The notes under the pieces are model-generated. The model searched no databases, was not told the DNA's origin, and saw only the letters and a list, made by a program, of their open reading frames with translations. DNA of 64,000 nt from Geosiphon pyriformis uo1 (Eukaryota > Fungi > Glomeromycota), in NCBI GenBank assembly GCA_016748015.1, contig JAAOMT010000521.1:306631-370630 (forward strand). The letters are read 5' to 3'. The position numbers were made by a program, and so were the translations under genes. Of the stretch, positions 50,601-64,000 are shown in pieces; within the stretch, counting starts at the first letter, position 1, and each line of letters opens with the position of its first letter.

Positions 50601-51978
50601 TACACCAACTTCTCGAATTTGTAAGGATAATTTTTTACATCCCATTACAAATTCTATAAATCACTCTGAATCAATTTCCTCGGGTTAGCATCGGAGGAAC
50701 AAAAAGGCTTCGTATATTGGCCTATTCCGGTCACCGAGCATAAATACATCATCTCTTCTCGATTGTTACAAAATCGAGGGTTGGTAGCTGCCCTACGGAG
50801 TGAAAATTGCAAAGTAGAACTTGTTGAACGTGACTTTGAATACCTAAGGGTAAGTTTCTGAATCCCGCTTGTATAACCTTTTCTGATATAATATATTGAT
50901 CTCTTTGCAATATCAAAAGCCATTATTACCTGATAACGAATCAGGGGCGCAACATATTGATGCTGACCTCATACTCGATGAAAAATGTGCTATTGTATTT
51001 TATCAATTAATTAGACTGTCTCAACAATCTTCAAACAATTCCCCACCCACGAAAGAGATTTCTCTTACATTAATTCGATTGCAGCGAAAATACCCCCAGC
51101 TTCATCTTATTTTGGAAACGTACAATTGGAATCAAAAGCAAACGAATCAAAGCACCGAGAATGAAACTTTAATGCCATATTCGTTTAGTCTACCTAACCA
51201 AAAGGCTATCAATGACCTTATTGTGATCCTAGCATGCTTTGGGTCTACCTTGAACATAATATTTTCATCAAGTGAGGAGATGTCTGCTCGATACGCAAGA
51301 CTTATAGGCGACGCATCTGCGGATTCTTGTGCTAATGAACGGCGACAAGGTTTCTTTAGTGGTTGGAACTCAAGGCAGCAATGGGAGTCGAGGCAATGGA
51401 TGACAAGTGATGAGAGCTTGGCAAGTGAAATGTTAAATTTTTCATTCTAACTAAAGAAACTAAGCTTATTCCGGCCATGGACTTCCCATCCAAACTCCTT
51501 AAAACAGCACGAAAGATTTCTCTCCTCTTTCAGTCCATTTATTAACCCTTTCACAGCACAAATTATACTTACAACCACCACCCTAAAAGAATTTCTTGGA
51601 ATGTCCCATGAAGATCGAGTAAACTTGGTTGGTGGTTGGATCAAGGAGACAAGTTTGGTAAAGAATATTTATTTCGATATTCTTGACTTTCAATTTCTAT
51701 TTTCCTCCTAAATTCGTTCTTTCACCATTTAAAAACAGAAACAATTCGATCAAATCATTCATAGTGTACTCTCTGGTGAAGAGGAGGAACAAATAAATTT
51801 TCAGGAACTAAATCATATTAATAGCGATTATCAATATCAATGGGATACAGAAGGCCATTCCAGTGCTTATACTCAATTCGATGTTGAAGTTGATCGTAAC
51901 GAACCTTCTAAGGATATAAAAGAGTACAGCGATTTCTATACGGCGGACAATGAGCTTATTCTTTTAGACGATAATTAG
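47636..51978 (+). CDS. SHOC1: SHOC1/Zip2-like meiotic crossover (ZMM) protein with XPF/ERCC4-like and (HhH)2 C-terminus; multi-exon, one GC-AG intron (51421-51507)
   Basis: LYLEVPLMP; FSATRAIDEFISLRG; YIISSRLLQNRGLVAALRSENCKVELVERD...ADLILDEKCAIVFY; WESRQWMTSDESL|HERFLSSFSPFINPFTAQIIL. The introns I checked in the 3' half join the ORFs in frame. Start exon less certain. Confidence 0.72.
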
Positions 51979-52705
51979 AATTACAAATTTCAGGTAGAGT
52001 CAATTCAAATTTACATTACTCAAAGCAAAAAGTTTTAATTTTTGATCGGGGATTTATGTAACATAACTTTCTCCTTGATCAATGACTCGATTACCTTTTG
52101 TTGATTCTTTGTTACAAAATTTGCGCTATCTATCAAGATATGTTGTAGGTAACAGGATAGCTATAAACCCTCAATGGTTTGAAAAATTTGCGTCCCTTGT
52201 TTTTGTTGATATCACTCGCTCTAAAGGACAATACAATTTGACGGTTTTTGGTATCATGTAACTTCCATATTTAGCTTACAGTGAGCGGTCATGTTACCTT
52301 ATTTCCCACGGTCGAAAACCAGAACTTGAGCTTTCAAAAAGTTTCATTCCACTTTATAGACATATTTTTTTATGTCGTGGCAATATAGGACAAAATCGCG
52401 TGCATATTTGGTCAAAGTTTCAATATAGAATTTCTTTTCATTATGCATAATAAAGTATGTCGTAAAATAGGGACAATAAAATACGCGAGTGAGCCGTTCC
52501 AAGAATTTTATCAATATCACTAGTTGCTATGACGGCCGTTTTAATAGATCTTTTTTGACAACAGATTTATTTTTCCTAGTTTTGAGAAAACACGGGCGAT
52601 AGAATCGCTTTTTCACTCTTTTTAGTCTTCTCTTCAGAAAAACCTGCTCCTGTACACTTTCTCTTTACCTTTATTCTCAAAGAAAAGCTCAAAAAAACAA
52701 CAACC

Positions 52706-55432
52706 ATGAACAACAGACTCTCGGTTAAAAAACCACATCGCTTCGACGACGCTATCTCCCTAAATTCGGAATATGATGAAGACGGTGAAGCGATAAATTC
52801 TTCGCATAAAATAAGTTTCTTGAGACGTTTTGGACGTTGGTTTCATACCTTTAGCGTTGGTACACGTAGTGTTGTATATATTTTCCCTGGACTTGCTGTA
52901 TTGGCCGTCCCGGCTGCGTTGGGTTATGTTGTTTTCAAAAAAACAAATATCGCCGACGTGCCTTTACACATCTGGGCGATATGGTTGGGCGTTTGTTGGT
53001 TCGCGCTTTTTGCGTCGAGGTTTGTGGTGTTTTTATTGCCGTATTTTCTAGGTGAGTAGGTTGGGAAAGAGTTTTGAGTTGAGAAATGATTAAATAGATC
53101 CTTTATACAGAGATTTTTGGAAGTTCATTTAATTCTATTAATTTAATTTTTACTGTCTTTTTCATTTTTGTAGAATGGGTTCTTGGGAAGATTACGAGCC
53201 GTGCCAAAAGATATATGGAGTATCTTCGTCATTTACACTTTCACATATCGTTATGCGCGTTTTTATGTATCGCGTTCATAAGTTTTGTTCCGATTGTAGT
53301 TTTACATAATTCAAAAAATGGTGACCTTTTGAAATGGCAAGATACCATGAATAAAATTCTTGCTGGTGAGAAATTACACAACCATTGAAAATAATCGAAA
53401 ACATTGATGAAAATTACTAATTGTGAATTTTATCTTTTAGTGTTATTTATTGCATCTGGAATTATTGCTCTCGAGAAGCTTTTACTGCAAGTTGTAGCCG
53501 TGAAGTTTCATGAGACCACCTATCAAGAACGTATTGCGGTTTCAAAACACCAAGTTTCCGTTTTGACTGTTCTTTACACTGCTTTCAAAAAACGACTTCG
53601 ACAATCATCGAATGATAACCTAACATCGACTTTAAATTCACGTGGAGCTCAAAATATTAATTTAACAAAATTTATTAGTCAAACGAAAAATGCCCTCGAG
53701 AAAACTACTTCTGCCCTAGGTCAGATTGCGTCCGAGATTACTGGCCATCAGGTAATTATTTTTTATTGTTCATTCGAAAATTGTGAGTAAAAGCCTGAAT
53801 CGATATAAATATCTGATGTATTGACAGTTTGATAGCAATGTAAACGCATCGGAAGTTGCCGTTTTGAATTATCTTCAGTCCGGACACGATGCACGCGTTT
53901 TAGGTCGTCGATTATTTCGTTCTTTCTGCCCGTCGGACCGAAACCATCTTTTGTTTGAAGATATTTCCGATTATTTTCCTAATCAGATCACCGCTGAAAA
54001 AGCTTTCTATATTTTCGATAAGGATGGGAACGGTGACGTAAGCAAAGAAGAAATGCTCATCGCTTGTGTCGAAATGTACAAAGAGAGAAAAGCTATTGCT
54101 GCCTCGATGAGGTGAAGACTAAACTTTTTATGGGATTTGCTCTGAAAATGTAGGAGAGACTCTAATCTGCTTATTTAAAATTCAGGGATTTGGACAACGC
54201 TGTCGGCAAACTTGATTCAATTCTTATGGTTGTTATTTACGTGAGTGATAATAGGCCTAAAAGCATTTTCTAAACATGTTTCATGCTAGCAATCACTAAA
54301 TCTCATTTTCGATTTCTCTAGTTTATCATTATTCTTCTCTTTGTCGCATTCTTGGACGTCTCTTTCCAAACCTATATAGCCACAGCTGGTTCAATTCTTC
54401 TGGCACTTTCATTTATGGTCGGTTCCACAGCACAAGCTCTTTTCGAGTGCATAATATTTCTTTTTGTCAAGCATCCTTTCGATGTTGGTGAGTAAGAAAC
54501 GCCGTTCCTGATCCATTATCCTAAAAATTCCCAGTCTTTAATTTTGCTCTTTGGTATTGATAGGTGACAGAATTGAAATTGAAGGACAAGGCTACATAGT
54601 CAAAGAAATGTCTTTGCTTTCAACTGTATTGACACAAGACGATGGACGTATGGTACAAGCCGCGAATAATCAGCTAGCTCAGAAAATGATCCAAAATATT
54701 CGACGTTCCGGTCATATGCGTGACGAGGTTTACCTCGAAGTAGATTTTTATACTTCATTGGAACAGATTGAAACTCTTCGTGAAGAAATGGTGACTTTTT
54801 TGGAAGGCGAAGATCGTGATTTCTATCCAACTCTTGAGATTACTGTAGAAAAAATGCCGAAATGTCGACAGCTGGTACTTAAAATCTCAGTAGAGCATAA
54901 ATCCAATTGGCAGGACGAAGGAGTTACTTGTCGCCGGAAGAATAAGGTAATTTTCTCGGAATTGTCCTATTTCACAACATATATTTAACAATAATAATAA
55001 TTTCACATATCTTTTAATCCCTATTTAAAGTTTATGTGCCAACTGAAAAACTTGATAATTCAGCTTGATATTCAAGGTCCTTTTGCCGGTCCCAAATTTC
55101 CGGTGGATAAAATGATCCTACCTAATCGTCCCGATCGCAAAAACCTATTACTTCACAGCCCAAGCTCGCCAAAAACTGATCTCAGTCTCGGTGCTAAAAG
55201 TGATGTATTTGATGTGGAGGATAAAGAAACTTCCCAACTCATGCTACGTCAAAAATCTGTTCGACGTAGAAAGACGAGAAAGAATGTATTTGGTAGTGAT
55301 GAGGAAGACGAGGTGGAAAATCTGTCAACTATGGGGACAGACCATCGGCGCAATAAAGTTGACATTGTAATTACCGATGAGAGCGGGTTTAATGAGCGAC
55401 TGAGCAAAGAAAGGGGGCAGGACAATGATTAA
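52706..55432 (+). CDS. MscS-family mechanosensitive channel with EF-hand (fungal Msy1/Msy2 type), multi-exon
   Basis: Multiple TM exons, EKLLLQVVAVKFHETTYQERI, EF-hand DKDGNGDVSKEE, IFLFVKHPFDV|GDRIEIEG, IQNIRRSG, HKSNWQD. Confidence 0.9.
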
Positions 55433-55859
55433 TTTTATGTGCTTGGGATAGGGATTAAAAAGGGTTAGTGGAACTTTTTTGAAAATCACATTCCTTTTAT
55501 TAATTTATCTATTAGATTTTATTTCCCAATTCTTGGTGTATTTATACGTATATTACTGTTAAGAACCATATTAGATCTTGTACAAAATACGACCATACTT
55601 TCTACCATCATTAATTTATACAAATACGTCAATTAATATTTCTTTTCCGATCTGAGATGAATTTATTGTTTTTATTCGAGAAATTCAAACATAAAATGTA
55701 ACACGTGAGTTATGGTAAACTGTATTTTTAGTCCATGTATAAAAAAGCTAAATATTATTTTTGCACATTGGAGTATCAAACCAGTGAATAACGATTGTGA
55801 AGAATTTTCGAATTTTGAAACTTTCATTAAACGTCAAGTCATTTTATTATTTCTTACTG

Positions 55860-58800
55860 TTTATATTTATTATAATTAACTATAAAACCTAATTTCAAAA
55901 CTTATTTTAAAATAAATTATTTATTGTGTATTTTTAATTATAATTTAAATTTAAATTTTATTAATAAAAAATAACAATTTAAAAATATTTTAAACATTTT
56001 TTTATTATATTTTAACAAAATATAATTCAATTACAATTTACAATTTATGTATTTTCTATATATAATTAGTTATTAAACTTGTATTAAAATTTATATTAAA
56101 AAAAAACTTTTTCATATTTATTTTATTTTAAACAAATCAAATATTAATTTTTAAAAAAACCCAGTTTTTTATTTTTGTATCAAACTTATTTTATCAAAAT
56201 ATTAATACAAAATTTCCAAAAAATTTAAAGTTTTTATTAAACATTACAAAATAAAATACAAAAAATTAAATTTATAAATTAGTTTATAATAACTTTAAAC
56301 ATAATGACTTAAAAATATTTTTTATTTAATTATTATTTAGTATATATAACAGACTAAATGTCTTAAACTAGATATAAATTATATAATTACTATATATAAT
56401 TAGTTATTTGGGCTATTCAAAACTATACTATGCTTTTATATACATAATAACATTTTTTTTCAAACCAAAAAAACAAACATTTTTTATGTAAACCAAAATT
56501 TATAATATAAAACTTAATAATATTAAGTAAATAAATTATATTATTAGATAAATTACAAAACAAATTACAAATTAATATAGATAAAAATTATCAATACAAA
56601 CTAATCTATTTTTAAACATATTAGTCTTAAATTTGTATTTATATAATTATATTATATTACAATAATTTATAAAAAAGCTTTAAATAAAATTAATAAGTTT
56701 TAAAATAGTTATTTTAATATTATAAAAAGTAATATATATTTTATTAAACCAATTTTTAAACACAAAATTCTTATACAAAACCAAATAAATATTATTATTA
56801 TAAACTTTAAAAAAAAGTATTTAAAAAACCAAAGAAAAAAAAATATTATTGTCAATTAAAAAAACTTAAGTTAATATATAAAAATCCAATAAATTTAAAT
56901 AAATATTTTTATTTTTACAATATGTAAAACCATAATCTGAAAATTCAATATTATTATAATACAAACACAAAATACTTGAGTAAATTTTGTTATATAAATG
57001 TTTTTTAACTACTATTAATAATTTTTTATATATTGTTTTTATTATATAAATATATAGTTTAAACATAAATCTACATAAAAAACCAGTTAATATATACAAG
57101 TTAAGATATTAAACTATAAATATATATAACTAATTAATACTTTTTAACATAATTTTATTAAAAATTATAAAACCAAATTTAGCTTTTTATTAAATATAAC
57201 AAATAAAATTATAGAAATTATAAACAAAATATTTAATATTTTTAAATACAGCCAAACTATTAATAACAATATAATATTTTAAAACAAAAACAAATAATAA
57301 AAAGCCAAAAAAAACAGCCAAATTAATTGGTTTATTAATATATTTAATCTTAAAAACACTTGAATAATTTTTGATTTTTGATTAAATAATAAAAAAATTT
57401 TATTTAATAATAATTAAAAAATTTATTATTTTTATTAATAAATTGTTTAATAAAAATAATATTAAAATACTTTAAAGATCAGATTATGTTAAAATAAAAT
57501 AACTTATTTAGAACTATAAATATAAAATATTTTTAATAAAATAAAACATATTTTGCAAATTATTTATAAATAAAATATTATTATCTAACTTAAAAAGTTT
57601 AAAATTTTTTTTGGTTTTAATATTATTATTATTATAAAACCAAGTTAAGTGGCTGATTATATGTAATAAAAGCATGAGTTATATTTAGTTTAAGCTACTT
57701 AGTTTGGTTTTATGTATTAGATAGCAATTAGATTTTACTAATTAAATATTAATAAAAAAAACCAAGTTTTTTTAAAAATTATATTAATTAAATTACACAT
57801 AATATTTTAAATTTTAAATTTTTTAAAATTAAAAACACAATTAATAGATTAATTACTTTTAAAAAAAAATTTTAAAATAAGTTTATTAAATATTTTTAAT
57901 ATATTTAAATTTATACTTCTATTTATTTTTGTTAATCTGTTTTTACAAAAAAAAAGTAAATATTATTACAGATATATTTTAAAATTATAGAAATTTTTAA
58001 TAAATTAGTATTTAAATTTATTAAATTATTAAATTTAAAAGTCTTTTAAAGACTTTAAATAATAAAGTTTTTTATATAATAAATAAAAATTTAATATATT
58101 AGCTAATAATACTTAACTTTTAATTTTTTAGCATAATAATTAGTTTATTTTGGTGTTTTTCACTTTTTTAATAAGCAATTTTAGTTTTTTTTAACTATAT
58201 TTTACATTTTTTTAATGTTTTTTATTAGACAATTCTTAATATCATAATCTTAATTAATTAATAAATTCAATAAAATAAATAAAAATTAATATTTTGTTAA
58301 TAGTTGTAATTAAAAGTTATTATTAATAATATTATGTTAATATTAATAATATCAATATAAAATAAGTAAATATTAATTAGATAAGTATAAATTTGTTTTT
58401 AATTAAGCTTATCTGATTAAACTTGTTTGTTTTTTTTGTTTTTAATATTTTTATTATATATATATATAAATTTTTATAATATAAAATTTTTATAATTTTT
58501 ATAATTTTTTTAACTGTTATTAGAATTTTTAATATTCTTATTAATATTATGAAAATTTTTGTTATTACATATTTTAATAATTTTATATTATTTTTTTTAT
58601 TAATTATAATACTAATGAGTAAAACAAAAAAAACATAATTAATAGTCTTTGTAATTTTTTTTAAATTGTTTTATGTTATTATTTTAACTATAAATTTATT
58701 TATTAAAAAATTAATCACTTTTTTTAACACTATTTTTATTAAAATTACTACTTAAAATAATAAATAAACTCTTATTTATCATTTTATTTATAAAAAATTG

Positions 58801-61800
58801 ATTTTATTAATTTAATTTAAATATACAATCAACAAAATATAAAATTCTAAAATAAAAGCAAAAACTTGTTTTTAAACAGTATTTTAATTAATAAAAGCCT
58901 ACTAACACTTTAAAAATTTTATTAATATAATAAACTAAATAATTATTTATAATAATTATTATATTAATATTTAATCTAAAAATAAAAATTATATATTATT
59001 AAATTTATTTTTAATTTAAAATCTGATTTAATTTTTAGTTTTAGTTTAATAATAATAAACATAAAATTGTTGTTTTTTTGTGTTATTTAACAATATTTTT
59101 TTGTTTAATAAAATTGTTTATTTTTTTTATATTAAATTATTTAAATTATTTAAAAAGTAATACAAAAATCTTATCTTCAAAAAACAATTTATTAAGTTTT
59201 AATAAAATTGCAACAATAAAGCCAAAAAGTGTTAATATGTTAGTTTTTAAACTGTTTAATTAAAAAATAACAGCAATAAAAAAACAAATATCTATAAGTA
59301 ATATATTAATAATTTTTTTAAAAAAATTATTCATATTTATTTTAATATTAGCAATTAGTATTAAAACAAATATAGTTTTAAAAAAAAATTAATAAAAAAA
59401 AATTCAATTCAATTTTTTAAGTATCAAAAAAATTTGGTTAAAAAATATTTTTAAACTGTATTTTAATTTGTTTAAACAAAAAAAATATCAAAAAAAATTA
59501 TTAAGAATCATTTTGAAAAAAAACAAAAATTATTCATTATTATTATTATTATAATTTATATTAAAAAAGACTATTTAAGCTTAAATTTTTTTATTAAAAG
59601 CAATTAAAAATAAAATAAAAACATTTTTTTTAACATAAATATTGGCTAAATAGAAATAAACATTATTTAAAAATATATATTTAAAAACATTTTAAAAAAA
59701 CTATTAAAAAAAACAGAAAAATTATATTTTATAACAAAATAATCAAACATTTTATAATTTTTACATCAAATTAAGTCAAATTTAATTCAAAAAATATTAA
59801 TTTTATTAAATACAAAAATAATATAATAAGTTTAATTTAAAATTTCTTTAAAGTTAAAACAAACTATTATATATTAAATTTTAATACTAATAATAATTAA
59901 TTAATTAATAATACATGTTTTTTTATTAGCTTTTTTTAAAAAAATACCAAGATTGTATACAATTATATTTATAAGTAAATTAAATAATAATATTTTGTAA
60001 TAATTTCTTAACAATTAAATTGTTTGGTTTATATTAGTTTTAATTATATGTATTAAATTTTTGTCAAATAAAATTGATTATTTAAATACCAAAAAATTTG
60101 TTTGATTTAATTTAATAAATTTTATTATAGTTTTTTTTATAGTTTAATTAGCTATTATTTAATTAATATTACTTAATTAAGACCAAAATAATTTTTTTTT
60201 AATTGCCAATATTATAGCTTAATTAATATTTTTCTTAAAATAAAAATAAATTTAATGATTTTTTTAAATTTTAAAAAAGTAGTAACTCTTTTTAAACTTA
60301 TTAATTAAAAAAATAACTTTTAAATAATTATTATTTTTGTTATAACAAATTTATTTTTAATTGTCAAGAAAATAATATTCAATATATAAGATTTATTAAT
60401 AAGTACTTTTACTTTTTTTTAATAAATTTAAGATTAATTTAAACTTTGTTTAAATTAATAATAAAATAAAGATAAAAAAATACTATTTTTTTTTATGTTA
60501 CAATTTAAAAATCCAAAAAAACTGTTTATTTTATAAGTATTAAATTTTTTTGTTTTGAAAATATTTGTTTTGAAGTTAAAATAGGTTTTACTTTTATTAT
60601 TTATTTTGTAATTATGATTAATTAACAAATATTGGTGTTTTTTTATTAAAATTAGTTTTTATGTTTAAAAATCTATTAGTATTATGTTTTTTTTATTATT
60701 AAAATGTTTAATATTATTAATTAAATTCTTTATTTTTAAAAAAAAATATTATTAATAAAACTATAAATAAGTTTGTTATTATTTATTTTTTATATTATTG
60801 TTAAAAGTAATTATTAAGTTTACAACAAAAGAATTTGTATTTTGAAAAATAATAAAAAATATAACAATAAAAAAACAAAAGACAAATTTTCAAAATATTG
60901 TCTTTTAAAAAATTTTAGATACATAAAAAAAAAGTTTTTTAATTTGTATATAATTTTTTTCTATTATAAAATTTTATTTATTAAAACTAATTAATAAATA
61001 AAAACAAAGTTAACAAAAACAGAGTTTTTAAAATTTAATAAGCTTTAATTTAATATTAATAATAAATTAAAAAATTTTTCTTTCTTATTTTTATAATTAT
61101 AATTAAAACAAAAAATAAAAAAGTTTCAAATATTATTTTTTCTATAATAATTAATAAAATTTCAACAAAAAAAATAATTTTTGTTGTAAAATAATTAAGC
61201 AAAACATCTTAAAAGTATTTTTTTTAATATTAATAATATAAAACTGTTTTTAATAGTTTTTTCAATTAAAGTTTTTTTTAAAAGACACATTAAAATTAAT
61301 TTTAATATTGTTTCTATTCTTTTAAAAGTTTTAAAGTTTTTAATAACAGATTAATTAACAAACTGGTTTTTTCTGTTTTTATTATTATTTTTATTATTAT
61401 TATTTTACAAATAATTAAAAAGATCAGAAACTCCAAAAAATAATAACAGTTATTTTTGTCTATTATTATTATATTAAACTTTTTTGTGGTTCTAAATAAG
61501 ATTTTTTATAAAATTTTTATTACAATAATTAGCTTTTTTTTTAATAAAAATAATAAAAATAATAACATTTTTTCTATAATAAATTAAGATTAATTATTAC
61601 TTATATTAAATATAACAGATTATTATTAATTTTAAAAGCAGAACAAATTATATTTTAAATATGTTTTTAATTAATTAATCTTAAAAATTAAATCAATTAA
61701 ATAGAAACAAATTAATATTTTTTTTTGGTATTATTTTTAATAATACTTAAGAAACAATTATTAATTATTAAAAGTTTACTAAATAAATAATCTTTATTTT

Positions 61801-62620
61801 GGTATTTAATGCTTTTTTTAAGATTAAATTAGCTTTTATTAAGACTATATTATAATTTATACAGAAATTTATTAGTATTAAATTTGTATTTAAAAACAAT
61901 ATAAAATTTTTTTGTATAGTATTTGTTTTTTAAATTTTTTTAAATACTGTATTTTAAATTAATTTTATTAATTTGGTTTTTTTTACTCTTAAAATTATTA
62001 AATCTATAATAATTTTTAGGGAAGTTTTTTTGTTGTTATTATTATTCTGTATAATATGCTTTTAGATATATTCATAACTAATATTATAATTGTTTTTAAT
62101 ATATTTAATAAAGTTTTTAAAACATATTAGTATTTAACAATATATTATTATGTATTTTAAGTTTCTTAATATAATTGTAATTACTTTAATATATTAATCA
62201 ATTTAATAAATAAAGATAGTATTAAAATTTTTTTTTGGCTATATAGTTTTTAAAATTAACAAACTAATTTTTTAGATTGGTAATTATATATATTTTTCTT
62301 TATTTTTTTAATTTTGCTTAATATTTGTAATATATTATTATTATTTTTAAATTCAAAAAATATATAATTATTATTATTATTAAAATTAATATTTTAAGAA
62401 AGTATTATATTTGGTAAAAATTTTTTAAATACTAATATTGTTTTAAATATTAAGATACAAATTATTTAACTGTAAATTATATTTTTTTTTAAGTTTTTAT
62501 TTAAATTTATAATTTTTTTTAAAAATTTTAAAATTTATTATATTAATATTTAATTTTATATTAAAATTTTTGTCTTATTGGTTTTTTTGTTACTGTTTTT
62601 TTATTTGTTTTTACTGTTAT
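55860..62620. repeat. Ultra-AT-rich, end-stage decayed TE region
   Basis: Almost no G/C, no CpG seen by eye, no credible ORFs; contains a recognisable LTR ghost. Confidence 0.7.
57964..58610 (-). repeat. Ghost of a family A-type LTR
   Basis: 58125-58350 parallels 30225-30510 (TTTTAGCATAAT..TAGTTTATTTTGG; AATTAATATTTTGTTAATAGTTGTAATTAAAAGTTATT); decayed TATTACAGAT terminus at 57964. Other boundary approximate. Confidence 0.5.
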
Positions 62621-62623
62621 TAA

Positions 62624-63558
62624 TTTTTTTTTTTTTTAAATATTTAACGAGTAAAGTCCAAATACTGCTTAGTGCAATACATCATACAAATGATCTAAAC
62701 TAGGTATGAATTATGCACTTTCTATACGTGACCAGCCACTCAGACTAATTAGGACAACATTATACACCTATATGAACAGAAACTTCATTATCTATATCTG
62801 AAAAAAACAAACAAGACTTACAAAAACTGAAACCAACACCAATTGCCTCAGCAATATCCAGCAATCCAATCATGCCTGTCAACAGCACTGAAGGAAGCCC
62901 AGAAATCGAGATAGAAACAGATTTATCACATGAAATAAGTCCATTTTTTTCCATAAAAGCATGGTACTTGACACAAACCAACCAAATGTCTTCTCAAAAA
63001 GCATAACTAAACTCATGTACAAAAGCCACAATGTTCTAACTCACTACTTTGGAATCCTTGAAAACAGAGACAGATTCACAAAACCAATCCTTGAAAATGA
63101 AATTCTTGTACAAAGCAGTGCTAACTAAAACATTGGATGAACAAGTGAACAACAGCTACAAGACAACTGAGGAAAAACGACCCAGACTGGATCACATTTC
63201 CCAAGCTGATACATGAGAGTCCAACAAATGAGCATGATCATTGGCATTAAATGAACAAGAAAAAGCATGGTCCAAAACTTTGACATTACCATAAAACAAA
63301 CACACCACACTAGGATAACTCTTATTATAAAGCCATTTATGCATGGCAACAAGGAGTCAAAGGTGCAATGCCTTTATAAAATACATCCAGAAACCAGCAG
63401 TCCACTTGCTAGTGAAGCCAGCAGCTATGTGAGAGTCCGGATGCCAAACCAGCAATAATCTGAACCAATTAATATCCACATGCAGACTATCCACCACTAC
63501 CTGCAAACCAAAACCAATTTCCCAATGTGCACAATGGACTGACCAAAAAACATCCTGA
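62624..63558 (-). mobile_element. Non-LTR retrotransposon (LINE) 3' end with C-terminal Zn-binding domain and poly(A) tail
   Basis: Minus strand ...FIKALH..LLVAMHKWLYNKSYPSVVCLFYGNVKVLDHAFSC (decayed CX2CX7HX3C), ORF end 62760, short 3' UTR, T14 at 62624-62637. Confidence 0.75.
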
Positions 63559-64000
63559 TGTTACAGGTAACAATTTCTGGTGTTGAATTAAATACAAACC
63601 CATAACTTGGTGCTCAAAGCTATTTTTGTTGTCAATGATCTGAAGGTTTGATATCTGAAGGTTTTGTATCTGAAGGGTTTGGTTGAGTTCTTTGTATAAT
63701 GAACAGAGATTCAATGGTAATAGTTTTATCTGTAGCTTCCCGAAACTGCAGTTTTGTCAATTTTTTTCTCAGCTTGATGGCCAGTATTCTTCTTGGTAAG
63801 CTATCCTCAATCAAGTGTTCTACCCTTATTTCTGGGTCTTTTACCAGCCACGTTTATTCTGACATCAGTACCCCATGCATTAATTCTTAATAGAGTTAGT
63901 AAACAACAATAAAATCAAAGCAAGAAAATAAAGAAAAAAAAAAAAATAAAGAAAAAAAAAAATAAGCCAAGGCAATTTACAAGTTAGTATTCCATCAATA
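63559..64000 (-). repeat. Family A-type LTR (R/U5 portion) inserted into the LINE; continues beyond the window
   Basis: TGTTACAGGT at 63559; rc of AGCACCAAGTTATGGGTTTG at ~63596-63615; collinear with 4910-5308. Confidence 0.88.

Noticed and set aside
56866-59263. Short ORFs in the ultra-AT region (also 31978-32169, 44303-44506, 46520-46717)
   Set aside because: Composition is dominated by F/I/K/N/L/Y from AT-rich codons, with no motifs.

Overview
Eukaryotic, very AT-rich fungal genomic window. Intron style, gene set and TE families suggest an early-diverging fungus, probably Glomeromycotina such as Geosiphon (inference). It has three compartments. (1) 1-33.7 kb: a nested cluster of decayed Ty3/Gypsy LTR retrotransposons (TGTTA...TAACA LTRs, 4-bp TSDs, several solo LTRs) plus a LINE remnant. 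Two families have the unusual layout gag-PR-Cys-rich domain-dUTPase-RT-RNaseH-IN plus an extra ORF before the 3' LTR. (2) 35.2-55.4 kb: a compact island of 8 genes, most of them spliced: oxalate-CoA ligase (PCS60/AAE3-like), LisH-WD40, Nup49/Nup58, ATP5/OSCP, SRAP/HMCES, a frameshifted Ser/Thr-rich surface protein, a SHOC1/Zip2-like meiotic crossover protein and an EF-hand MscS channel. (3) 55.9-64 kb: an ultra-AT-rich stretch of end-stage TE relics, then a younger poly(A)-tailed LINE 3' end interrupted by an LTR. The strongest signal is strictly directional, mostly non-CpG C->T/G->A hypermutation confined to repeats (RIP-like), alongside retroelements carrying dUTPase and an uncharacterised 3' ORF. 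Element boundaries and counts were read by eye and need computational confirmation.
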